From contig NIVC01001711.1 of assembly GCA_002269645.1 (NCBI GenBank), positions 148,028-212,027 of the forward strand: a stretch of DNA of 64,000 nucleotides, read 5' to 3'. This DNA comes from Macrostomum lignano. Lineage: Eukaryota. Made by a program: the position numbers and the translations under genes. Below the pieces are notes generated by a model. It saw only the letters and a list, made by a program, of their open reading frames with translations. It was not told the origin of the DNA and made no database searches. Shown piece by piece: positions 30,331-41,800 of this stretch (positions are counted from its first letter, which is position 1; each line of letters starts with the position of its first letter).

Positions 30331-32638
30331 GGCACTGTTCCGCAAAATCTGGGAGCAGATGGCCACTGATCTCCATATGCTTCTCAATAATCGAAACCAT
30401 TTGAAATGTTTGCAACTTGCAGTTTAAAATTGATTTGCAATCCTCTTGCATATTTATTACTTCATTGTACGTCAGATTAGCACTGCTTACCCAGATTAGT
30501 AATACCCTTTGCAAATTAGCACTTACAGCAGATTAGCACTGCTCTAGAAGACTAACGCAGCCCCCCCCAGCAAAAGTATCTTTAAATTTAAGTGTTTAAC
30601 ATCTCCATGAATCTGCATAGGATACAATCATTATTGTCACAGGCCACAAAGATAAATTCGCTGCTTCAATGCAGGCTCGAACTGCTGACATCAAAGCATT
30701 CTGTTTGCTTCTGCTTGATACTGCCTGCCTACTGCGGCTATTGTGCCTATTGACATGTGGTCGAAAAAATCTAGTTTAGCAACTTCAGCCGTTTGAAGTT
30801 AACCCCCAGAAATCGGCATTTCTCCCCACAACAACCTGAAATTATCCTTGCATCTGATCCCGCAAAAAGACTGCAGTTATTTCTTAGCAGCCGGAATTTA
30901 TCATCCACTTTGCATTCTACAACTTTTATTAAAATGAAGCGTGTATACCCTCAGCTCATAGAATTGTCCCCTTAGCAAAAAATATTTCACTTAGCAGCCC
31001 GCAATAATCCCCTCAACAACTTGTACTTAATCTTTCACAGTTAATGTCCACTCAAAACTCAATAGTTAGTTATTACCTTCAGAAGTCTGCCATTATCCTC
31101 TAATTAGTCCGCAGTTTTCCCTCTCAGCAGTCTGCAGCTATACGCTCATACGTCTGGAGGAACTACCTCAGCAGTTTGCAGTTGCTTCCCTTTTGCAATC
31201 AGCAATGATCCCTTCGACAATCTGCAGTTCACAAGTGTTCAATTAACAATTTTAATTTATCCTCTCAGCAGCCTGCAGTTCTTCTCTCAGCCGGCACCTC
31301 AGCTCATCAGGAAACTGCAATTTGCTCAGCATTTTACGGCTCACTAATCAATTTTCGATACATATCGGCAGTCTTGAAAAGCTCTGCATTTAGCAATACT
31401 TTTAAGCATTGTCTGCAGTTTAGTCATTTCGTACTTTTATGGAGCTAGACAATACCCATTGATGGGATCAGTTATACTCAAAGCAGTTTTTACAAATGAA
31501 ATTTGATTAGTGGCTTGTGCCGGGTAGCAAAAAATGAATAGCTAATTAATAAAAAAATGTTTCAATTGAAATTAATCAAAAAATGTTTTAATTAGTCGAG
31601 GCACAAGCTGTAAATTATTGAATTATTTTTATTTTAATTATCCGCCGGGGAGGCAGAATCGAACCTTGGACCTTACGCCTAGCCTAAACCTAGTCCTAGT
31701 GCCTACAGTGCGGCTACTCCGCCTATTGATGGGAGGACAACAAAATCAGCAATTTATGCTTCAGAACTTCACTTAAAATACATAGCAGTGATAGGCTGCT
31801 CAGTGTGTAGGCGTGCAGGAGTGAAATCTATAAATAGCAATTTTCTATGCAGCCCGCCAGTCAGAGCCAGAGTCAGAATGTACACACGCAGCCACTGAGC
31901 ATTTTTTCTCCTTGCACACTGCAGCCAGTATTGAAGCTTACACACTGGAGAGAGAAAAGTTATGGCGCAATCACAATTGGAATTGGAATTCAGCCTGTCA
32001 AGAATTCAACCTAGTTTGCCCTCTCATTAAAAGCATTGGGAAAACTCGTTTTTCGAATATTTAATACCGTTAGCATTAAAGCCGATTAAAGAAATTTTAA
32101 CTGTCTTCTTTCTAGATAATTACAAATCTTTTGGGGAAAATGCAATTAAAATTGGTCAATCGGTTCGATCTCTAAGACGTTACACGAATACTAACACAAA
32201 TTCTCTTCGAGTGAAAGTCACACGAAGCAGCTATGACATAATCAAATACTCAGGCAGTCAGCATCAGTCTCAATTAAAGTTAGCAATATGGTTACGCCAT
32301 TTCTGTCTTTCAACTTGGCACAGTGTTTTCAACTTGTTGTGATGCAATCTATTTTAGAGTTAGAATTCAGTCAGTCAGTTTTTTCTCTAGCATTTTTACA
32401 GCGCATTTCAAGTCGAAAGAGCTGCTTAACCTTTGAAAAAAGCATGTTTTTCGAATATTTAATCCCTTTAGCATTGAAGCAGATACAAGAAATTTTAACC
32501 ATACAATCCCAGGCTGATTAGAAATCTTTTGGCGAAAACGCGATGAAAATCGGTGAAGAATTGCAATCTCTAGAGCGTTATGGACATTCATTCAAGCATA
32601 CAAACCTTAGAGATTTAGTATATTTAGAAGATAGAAGA

Positions 32639-34917
32639 CTAGCTAATTAGAGCTGGCTGCCAGCAGCCAGAATAATTTTTTTATTGCCCCCCTTTAAGTG
32701 GAGCGGAGTGAGTTTTCTTATCAGTTGGCTCTGGCGCAATCAATTAAAATTGACTGTGAAGTTTCTGGCTGATAAAATTTGCATTGAAAAAGCCCATTTA
32801 AAACAGTTTTTCGAATATTTAATCCCTTTAGCATTGGAGCAGATTAAAGAAATTTTAACCGTCTTCTTTCCAGACAATTTTGAATCTTTTGGCGAAAACG
32901 CGATCAAAATCGGTGAAGAATTGCTCGCTCTAGAGCGTTATGGACACTCAAGCATACAAACAAATATTAGAGATTTAGTATATTTAGACTAGCTAATTAG
33001 AGCTGGCTGCCAGCAGCCAGAATAATTTTTTATTGCCCCCCTTTAAGTGGGGTCCAGTGAGTTTTCTTATCAGTTGGCTCTGGCGCAATCAATTAAGATT
33101 GACTGTGAAGTTTCTCGCTGATAAAATTTGCATTGAATTCGCCCATTTAAAACTGTTTTTTCGAATATTTAATCCCCTTAGCATTGAAGCAGATACAAGA
33201 AATTTTAACCATACAATCCCAGGCTGATTACAAATCTTTTGACGAAAACGCGATGAAAATCGGTGAAGAATTGCAATCTGTAGAGCGTTATGGACAAGCA
33301 AGCAAGCATACAAATATTAGAGATTTAGTATATTTAGAAGATAGACTAGCTAATTAGAGCTGGCTGCCAGCAGCCAGAATAATTTTTTTATTGCCCCCCT
33401 TTAAGTGGAGCGGAGTGAGCTTTCTTATCAGTTGGCTCTGGCGCAATCAATTAAAATTGGCAGTGAAGTTTCTGGCTGATAAAATTTGCATTGAAAAAGG
33501 CCATTTAAAACAGTTTTTCGAATATTTAATCCCTTTAGCATTGAAGCAGATACAAGAAATTTTAACTGTCTTCTTTCCAGACAATTTTGAATCTTTTGGC
33601 GAAAACGCGATCGAAATCGGTGAAGAATTGCGGGCTCTAGAGCGTTATGGACAAGCATTCAAACATACAAACCTTAGAGATTTAGTATATTTAGAAGACT
33701 AGCTAATTAGAGCTGGCTGCCAGCAGCCAGAATAATTTTTTTATTGCCCCCCTTTAAGTGGAGCGGAGTGAGTTTTCTTATCAGTTGGCTCTGGCGCAAT
33801 CAATTAAAATTGGCAGTGAAGTTTCTGGCTGATAAAATTTGCATTTAAAAAGGGCATTTAAAACAGTTTTTCGAAAATTAATCCCTTTAGCATTCAATCA
33901 GATACAAGAAATTTTAACTGTATTCTTTCCAGACAATTTTGCATCTTTTGGCGAAAACGCGATCAAAATCGGTGAAGATAGCTAATTAGAGCTGGCTGCC
34001 AGCAGCCAGAATAATTTTTTTATTGCCCCCCTTTAAGTGGAGCGGAGTGAGTTTTCTTATCAGTTGGCTCTGGCGCAATCAATTAAGATTGACTGTGAAG
34101 TTTCTCGCTGATAAAATTTGCATTGAATTCGCCCATTTAAAACTGTTTTTCGAATATTTAATCCCTTTAGCATTGAAGCAGATCAAAGAAATTTTAACCG
34201 TCTTCTTTCCAGACAATTTTGAATCTTTTGGCGAAAACGCGATGAAAATCGGTGAAGAATTGCAGTCTCTAGAGCGTTATGGACATTCATTCATTCAAGC
34301 ATACAAACCTTAGAGATTTAGTATATTTAGAAGATTTAGTATATTTAGACTAGCTAATTAGAGCTGGCTGCCAGCAGCCAGAATAATTTTTTTATTGCCC
34401 CCCTTTATGTGGAGCGGAGTGAGTTTTCTTATCAGTTGGCTCTGGCGCAATCAATTAAAATTGACTGTGAAGTTTCTGGCTGATAAAATTTGCATTGAAA
34501 AAGGCCATTTAAAACAGTTTTTCGAATATTTAATCCCTTTAGCATTGAAGCAGATACAGGAAATTTTAACTGTCTTCTTTCCAGACAATTTTGAATCTTT
34601 TGGCGAAAACACGATCAAAATCGGTGAAGAATTGCAATCTCTAGAGCGTTATGGACAAGCAAGCATTCAAACATACAAAGCTTAGAGATTTAGTATATTT
34701 AGATTTTGGCGAAAACGCGATCAAAATCGGTCGAGAATTGCGATCTCTAGAGCGTTATGGACAAGCATACAAACAAACAAATATTAGAGATTTAGTATAT
34801 TTAGATTGCAATCTCTAGAGCGTTATGGACAAACATACAAACCTTAGAGATTTAGTATATTTAGAAGATATGGACATTCAAGCATACAAACCTTAGAGAT
34901 TTAGTATATTTAGAAGA
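32639..34917 (-). mobile_element. Six tandem ~350-bp Helitron-like minimal units
   Basis: Minus strand reads CTGGCTG-CTGG-CAGCCAG hairpin, CTCTAATTAG, CTAG, then TC(TTC)TAAATATACTAAATCTC at each junction. Confidence 0.8.
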
Positions 34918-34949
34918 TTAGATAGAAGATAGATGGAAGATATAGGAAA

Positions 34950-36245
34950 ATGAACGACCCACTGACACCAGTTTTCTATAAGATTAACAAACCCATTTTG
35001 AGTGATGACAGCACTATTAAAGCGACACAAGTTAGAGTTCCGAGTCACGAGAACCAGAATGAAACTAATTTGGGTCCAGGTCAAACGCTGACTTTCACAT
35101 ACAACGGTTGTTCGTCGTTGGTCAGTGTCCACAGTCTAAGGAGCGGCTTCTATATGACGTTTCAATTCAAAACTAAAGGAGGCGCAGACGCCGCTCATGC
35201 TAATGATGATCTACACAATGCAAATGTCGCACTAACCAGTAATTTCTGGGCTTATATGTTCAAAGAGTTTAATGTGTCCAATGGAAGTACAGAGTTGGAA
35301 AGAATAGCAAACTTTGGTGTGGTCTATGATACCCAGTGCTTGATTGAGAACCCGGATTTTATTCAGATGGGGAGCGGTGCTGGATTCATCCCCAATGAAC
35401 AGACAGGAGATGAGAATGACCCTGGTTACAAAAAGAGAAAGGAGAGATACAACTATGCTCTTGCTGGTGAGAACGATGCTGCTAAGAATCCGCTGTTTAG
35501 GTCTGTAGATATTTTTGTACCTTTGAGGTTTATGAGTGGTTTCTGTAATAGTTTCAATCGGTTGACAAGCAACTTTAGCTACACATTTAGACTGACTAGA
35601 GATGATCGGAACAGAGGAATTTGGTCGGGGGCCAATCATACATCGATGGAGATTAAGCTAACTAGCGTGGAGCTGTACTTAGAAATTATTGAGCCCAAGA
35701 CTGCACTCAAAGCTGAATACTTGAAGGCGATTGAGAAAGACATTGATGTTGCTTATACAGCTTATATGTGCAGAGATGAGCGGAATGACGCAAGACACAA
35801 TATTTGCATTAAAGAAGGCTCCTGTAGCAATCCAAGGTACATTATTGTCACTATGAGGAGTACGACTAATGTAGGTAGCTATCTACATGGAAACGTTCGA
35901 TCGATTCAACATGAGATCAGTGACAATTTATACCCTGCATTGCCACAAAATGGGAATTTCTCGGAGAACAAGATTAGTAAGTTTTACAATGAACTGTCGG
36001 ACCTGGCTGTCAAAGAGAATAACGGTATTGTTTTGACAACATTGCAGTATAAAAAACTATATCCAATATTTGGTGTTGATGTGACTGCTAGACAAATGCC
36101 TACAGACAATAGCCCTGTTAACATTGTGACTAATATCGAGCGGAAAGAATTTGGTGCCGCAACGGCTGTTGATCTGTTTATTATCTATGCATTTGAGAGG
36201 AAAATCAAGGTCAATATGATCAATAACTCGTCTAGTAAAGTTTGA
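34950..36245 (+). CDS. Major capsid protein (double jelly-roll-like, second lineage) of viral element 2
   Basis: Intact 431-aa beta-rich ORF (SDDSTIK...NLGPGQTLTFTY; FVPLRFMSGFC; NPRYIIVTMR; YKKLYPIFGVDVT; IIYAFERKIKV) followed directly by a penton-like gene. Not alignable by eye to the MCP at 21119. Confidence 0.75.
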   Translation: MNDPLTPVFYKINKPILSDDSTIKATQVRVPSHENQNETNLGPGQTLTFTYNGCSSLVSVHSLRSGFYMTFQFKTKGGADAAHANDDLHNANVALTSNFWAYMFKEFNVSNGSTELERIANFGVVYDTQCLIENPDFIQMGSGAGFIPNEQTGDENDPGYKKRKERYNYALAGENDAAKNPLFRSVDIFVPLRFMSGFCNSFNRLTSNFSYTFRLTRDDRNRGIWSGANHTSMEIKLTSVELYLEIIEPKTALKAEYLKAIEKDIDVAYTAYMCRDERNDARHNICIKEGSCSNPRYIIVTMRSTTNVGSYLHGNVRSIQHEISDNLYPALPQNGNFSENKISKFYNELSDLAVKENNGIVLTTLQYKKLYPIFGVDVTARQMPTDNSPVNIVTNIERKEFGAATAVDLFIIYAFERKIKVNMINNSSSKV

Positions 36246-36267
36246 ATAATTTTTTTCAATAAAATAA

Positions 36268-37125
36268 ATGGAAGCCATAGCCGAAAGACTGAACAACATT
36301 GTTTCACACTCTAAGGAGAGCATTCCAATCACTATAGCGGGTCGCATTACTGAGTCAAACGGAATCTTCATTCAAAAATTGGAGCAACCACTTCGTTTGG
36401 ATCCCGAGGCGAATTACCACGTCTATCTCAACGATTTCACTGGGTGGTCAAATGTTCCCAATGTGACAGCGGAAAATAACAAGTTTTATTAAAAATGGAA
36501 GCGTACTACAACAGAGGTTGTGATATTTCCTGTCAGCACACAGAGCGTGGATACTTATAATTACTTCTTGGAGAACGTCTTCACTAAACGAAAGCATTTT
36601 GAGATACCGGATGAAAGCAAACCAGAAAATAAACTGTTCCCTGTTAGATTAACTTATGATCTAACTGTCATGAGAGTTGTCTTGCAAGTTCATAAGGACG
36701 CAGAGGTAGAGTTTAAAGATGGCACTTGGTATCGCGAGTTGGGATTTGAAAAGAGAGTTTATGGTGGCGCCACAGACCAAAGCCCACCGCAGGCGCCTGG
36801 CACTGTTGCTGTGTCCCGGCTAATATCCGGTATGTACTTGGCGCCAAATATCGCTGACATTGTCAAAGGTTTGAATATATTAATTCGCAGCAATCTGAGC
36901 CATGATTGGATATTCAAGGGCAAACGAACCAACATACTTTTTAACATTTCAAACTCTGTTGCTAGTGGCAAAATGCTTGTGCAAAAGCCAAACCCCGTGA
37001 AAAGAGTGATTCTGAGTAATAGAGAGATACATGAAATCGTTCTGCAGTTTGAAACAGAGGATGGAGTTGGTGTCGATTTTAACGGGGAAGAGTTTGTGCT
37101 AACAATTATTTTTGAGAGAATGTGA
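36268..37125 (+). pseudogene. Minor capsid (penton-like) gene of viral element 2 with one nonsense codon
   Basis: FIQKLEQPLRLD...YLNDFTGWSNVPNVTAENNKFY*KWK continues in frame to LIRSNLS...LFNISNSVASG...IHEIVLQFETEDGVGVDFNGEEFVLTIIFERM; TAA at 36490-36492. Confidence 0.75.
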
Positions 37126-37186
37126 GTCGTCTTCAGACTTGTAAAATTACGATATAAGCCGCCAGGTACATCCTTGTAGTTGGCTA

Positions 37187-37426
37187 CTACAACTGCCTTA
37201 TAACTTCAGCAAAGTTATAGTAGCTGTCGTAATCTTTTACGTAGGTTACTCCATACTTAAGAAGCCAGTGTCTTTGGAGAGCTAGATTAATATTAGGGAC
37301 ATTGATATCAACGCTGGGCCAATATTTTCTCATGTACTCGCTGCATTCTAGTTTGCATTGGTACTTACTCTTGTAATTAGGCTCGTGTGCTTTGTAATAA
37401 GAACCTGGAGAGACAACTGGAAACAT
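37187..37426 (-). CDS. Small hypothetical protein (79 aa), convergent with the penton gene; frameshifted duplicate at about 37800-38050
   Basis: ATG in an A-rich context; a second copy with the same N-terminus lies about 620 bp downstream. Confidence 0.55.
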   Translation of the reverse strand: MFPVVSPGSYYKAHEPNYKSKYQCKLECSEYMRKYWPSVDINVPNINLALQRHWLLKYGVTYVKDYDSYYNFAEVIRQL

Positions 37427-38867
37427 TTTTTTATTGAAAATTAATTTCTTTTCAAAGGGTAAGGACCCAGCGCTGATAATTTAAAGTCTTTGGGATCTGG
37501 TAGCACGTTGCGGATTGAATGTGGGGAGAAGAATGCAGATTGTTTTCTGATTGTTTTAGAGATGCTATGGGTGGATGTCAGTCTCAGTGAGCATAACAGG
37601 TGTCAGTGGACACCTGTTAAGCTCTGATTCTGTCAGGGATAATATGGATGGATTTAATGGGATTATGGAAGAGGTGAAAAATTTTGTCCCAGAAGCCCCC
37701 TCATGCATTCTACTGACTAAAGATGGGGTAGGTGTTGATTTCAACGGTGAAGAGTTTGTATTGACGTTAATCATTGAGAGAATGTAAGAAATCACAATTG
37801 CTTAATGATTTCTGCAAAGTTATAATAGCTGTCGTAATCTTTTACGTAGGTTACTCCATACTTAAGAAGCCGGTGTCTTTGCATGGAGAGCTAGATTAAT
37901 ATTAGGGACATTGATATCAACGCCGGGCCAATATTTTCTCATGTATTCGCTGCATTTCTTCTTGCATCGGTACTTACTCTTGTAATTAGGCTCGTGCGCT
38001 TTGTAATAAGAACCTGGAGAGACAACTGGAAACATTTTTATTGAGAATTTAATTTTTTTCAAAGGGTAAGGACCCTGCGCTGATGATTTAAAGTCTTTGG
38101 GATCTGGTTTCGCGAATTGAATGTGGGGGAGAAGAATGCAGATTATTTTCTGATTGTTTCGAAGATGCTATGGGTGGATCTCAGTGGATTATGTAGGACA
38201 CCTGTTATGCTCTGATTCTGTCGGGGATAATATGGATGGATTTAGGAGCAAGTGCGACCCCCCTTTTTTCTGATTCTGTCGGGGATAATATGGATGGATT
38301 TAATGGGATTATGGAGGACGTGAAAAATTTTGTCCCAAAAGCCCCCTCATGCATTCTACTTAGTTCAGATTCAGCGCCAAATCAGGCCCAGTCCCACTCT
38401 TATATTGCCGACTGGGATCTATAGCGGGCGAGCCTATCTAACCATAATAAATAATCGATAACATAACAAATAAGTCTGAGTGCTACCGCTACAAAAACCG
38501 CCTCCGTTATTCGTCTTCGTCATTTGACCGTGTCGTCTTTAATCGTCACACAATGATCTGGTTGGAGTCAGAATATTCTGAACCATGCCGAGCAAGTGTA
38601 TTTGTAACTGATTTGAACTTTATCGATATTCTGACTCGAAATCTGATAGATATCAGTGAAACGCGCAGGTTAAGCCAGTTTATGGGGAAATAAAATATCA
38701 GCTCAATGTATAATGTATAAAAACTCAACACTGCAATTTCAGTACAACATTTCGAGCATCTTTCTGCATAGAATTTATCAGCGTTCTAGTTAGAAAATAT
38801 GCAATAAATTCACTCCGTGTTCGTTCCCTATCCGAATTTTTTTCGTTCCAACGTATTTCCCCGTCTC

Positions 38868-41800
38868 TCAGTTGGCTCTCTCCAAGCCCAGCTTCGTCCT
38901 GTTAGCCAGGTTTCTCTGCCGCTGGCTTTCCAAGCGCAGAGATGACGGCACTTTTTCAGGCCGTGGGTGATGCGGGTAAGTGCTGAGCAGGGTCAGCTTC
39001 TCCAGCAAAGAACCGATTCGAGTCAGCGCCTCTGACAGGTAGAGATCCAGGGGTGATAGCTGAGGCTGAGGTGGGGCGGCTTCCATGGACTGGTGTATCT
39101 GCAAGTTTTCAAAATGAATCAGACGAGTATATAGAGCGATCCAAATCTTTTTTTGCTTTCCATATGGTAATATATGTAAATATTCGAATCTTGTCGAGAT
39201 TTTCTGCATAAGAGCTTAAGAGCTGTGCAAAGAATGAAATTTCAACCCGGCACTCAGAGTTTAATAATATTTAAAAAATGAATAGAGAAGCAAAAATCAA
39301 CATTAAATTAATTTAACGACGCGTTTCGCCCGATACTGTGCATCTTCAGGATATTTTGAGCGAAAGAAACGAGTGAGATCGGAAGTAAATAAATACGAAG
39401 TTTTGGGGTGTAAATTTAATCAATATTTGACGTACATGTTTGTTGGTCCATAAGTCGAGAGGCAAAGTCCAGGGACGGATTGATAGCGATGTAGTTAAAA
39501 TTGCAAAATGTACAACCAGTGCCCCCTCCCTCAGAACACACGGGGAACATGGCCCGCGCCACTGTGTTGGATTTGAGTGTTGAGGTTGGGGGAATGCGCT
39601 TTAATGTACAGCGCTTCAAGTATCTGCAGTTTGGAGTCAAATGAGCATTGATCAATGACTTTGAAGCGCTTCTCGGGTTTGCAGTTAGAGCAACTATTAC
39701 ACTCCAAGAGACGGTTCCGGACAGCCGAAAGTTTCAGCCAGTGTTCCCTGATTCTAGTGTGCAGGTGCCTTTTTGTCTTCCCCACGTAGGAGACGCTCTG
39801 GTCATCAGAGCAGTTGAACTGATAAACGACACCAGCACCACAGCTGAAACCGTCGGCTATCCAAAACCATCTCCCAGAGTGCAATAGTTGCTCTAACTTG
39901 ACCCTAACCCTAACCCTAACCCTATTCATCTTACTTGCCAAGCGAGCAACTTTACCTAAGTATTCAAGAAATCTTAAAGCAGCGAAAAAGCGTACTGCCG
40001 AATTACCTTTGTCCCATTTGCAATTATTTATACTGGTTTTGAGTTATATGCAGTTAATGTACGAGTATAAGAGACAACATAGCTCGTATGCACAAAATAA
40101 TACGACTCAGAAATGACTCAAATGCAACTAATGAACCGCACCTTAATTCGAGCCCCAACGTTAATCTTGCAGCTGCGGCTGGCTGTGACGAATGATAAAT
40201 AAATACTATCCCTAGCAGCCAGTCGCAGGCCCACTGTCTTGTTCAGGGCCAGCGAGATCGGCTGGAAAGGCGGAGCGTGGATGTGTGGAGCTTGTGCTGC
40301 AGGCTGGCCCGTTGAATGCCAGTGCCAGTGCCGCTTCTTGCTCCCCTGCTGGTCCAAGTCAAGCCCGTTGAACCGATCATAGTTTATACTAAAACGTGGG
40401 ATTTTGTTAATTAACCTTATGAGCAGCTGCTTCTCAGCTTCTTTTCGTGCAATGTAAATGTCCTTTAAATGTAAGATTTTCTGACGAGGATTGTGGCCAG
40501 AAACTTTGTACGACGGATTTAATCTGCATAAAAATGCAGGTCTTAGAATAATGTGGTTATGACCCAACTATTGGGATATTCAAGGGGTCTTGCTGTTCGC
40601 GCCCTGCTCTAACTGTGACTTTACATGCGGGGTCGCGTATTTTGTTGTTGTTGTCGTTGTTGCTGTTAGTGTGTTGTTTGTATATGTGTGTGCGTGTGTG
40701 TGTGTTCTGAAAGTTTTGTTGTTGTGGATCCTTGAATTAAATCACAATGCTGTTGTAGTCCGCACCGAATTCCTCCGTCCCTGAAGTAGGCGGTGCCTCG
40801 GCCAATGTTGTCAAACACGCCCAGCAGACGGGCTCGACCTGGCGGCTTGTCGTCCAGCACGATGTGCAGCAGGTTGTTCGGGCGGTCCGCGGGACGAGAA
40901 ATTAGGATAGCGAGTCGGCCAGATGGGTAGAATACATTCCCTGTACGATCTGCAAACATGGTCACAAACTTCTTCCCGTTGGGGTAGAACTTCTCCAGGA
41001 GATCTGTCGGTGTGCCCTGCGTTGGCGAGTTGGAGTGTATAAAGTGAAGATATGGTTTTTGATAGTGCTGGACGTGCAGACATGGAACTACGTACATGTA
41101 ATATTGTTGAAGCCGTAAGAGCTTCTGCTTGGCCCAGTTAAGTTTTGCAAGCTTGGTCTAAGTATATCATGGCTAAAGGAATAGAAAGAATCGCTCATCT
41201 GAAAGCGAGTCTTTGGCCAAGACTTCGTAAAAATTGGGGTACGAGCGTATTCCCCCCATGAATTTCATTGGCTGCTGGAATTTAATAATAGTCCCCCTAA
41301 GAAGCTTGTACGCAAAGGAAATTCCAAAGTCACGATTAACGTAATATATATTTAACTGTTTTCTTTCTCTGGACCACCACGGCTTAAGGGACAGAAATTA
41401 GCATTCCAACGCGCAAGATTGGAGTAGGCTTGCAACGTCGAGTTGCCTCTGTGTACTGTTTCATTTACATGTTTGTTGCATGTCATATTTGCATGAACGT
41501 ACCATTCTCATAAAATATACAAAAATACACTATACTAATTAGGATTAAAACTCGAAGCTTGGTTTCATTGACAGCAATCAAACCCATGCTGTTGAATATG
41601 TTTGGAATACTGCAGCCAGCACATGACTCACTCTAGGAGTGATTCCCAGTCCAGCCGCCAGGTCTGTGATCTCGTCCATGTCAAAGTCGTAGATCTGCCA
41701 TTCGCTGACGCCATCTCCTAGTGGGCTGGGGGCCCGTAGCGTCCAGCCTTCTTCCAGACATCGCATTGAGGACAGTGAATAGTTTATAGTGCGCATCTGG

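Larger units (their letters stand above)
6663..34917 (-). mobile_element. Head-to-tail array of non-autonomous Helitron-like elements (contains the nested Maverick)
   Basis: On the minus strand each unit ends in a GC hairpin followed within ~10 nt by CTAG (CTAG on plus at 6663, 10428, 24618, 27098, 32639, 32989, 33346, 33699, 34350). The next unit begins TC (TCCTATATACT..., TCTAAATATACT...), degenerate to TA at 10427 and 24617. No Rep/helicase ORF is present. Confidence 0.75.

Noticed and set aside
32684-34685. Repeated MPPFKWSG... ORFs
   Set aside because: They start at TTG within ~350-bp Helitron-like units, vary by frameshift between copies and contain no recognisable domain.
38400-38560. 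Right terminal repeat for viral element 2
   Set aside because: No inverted or direct match to the 1600-3130 region could be found by eye, so the element ends remain undefined.
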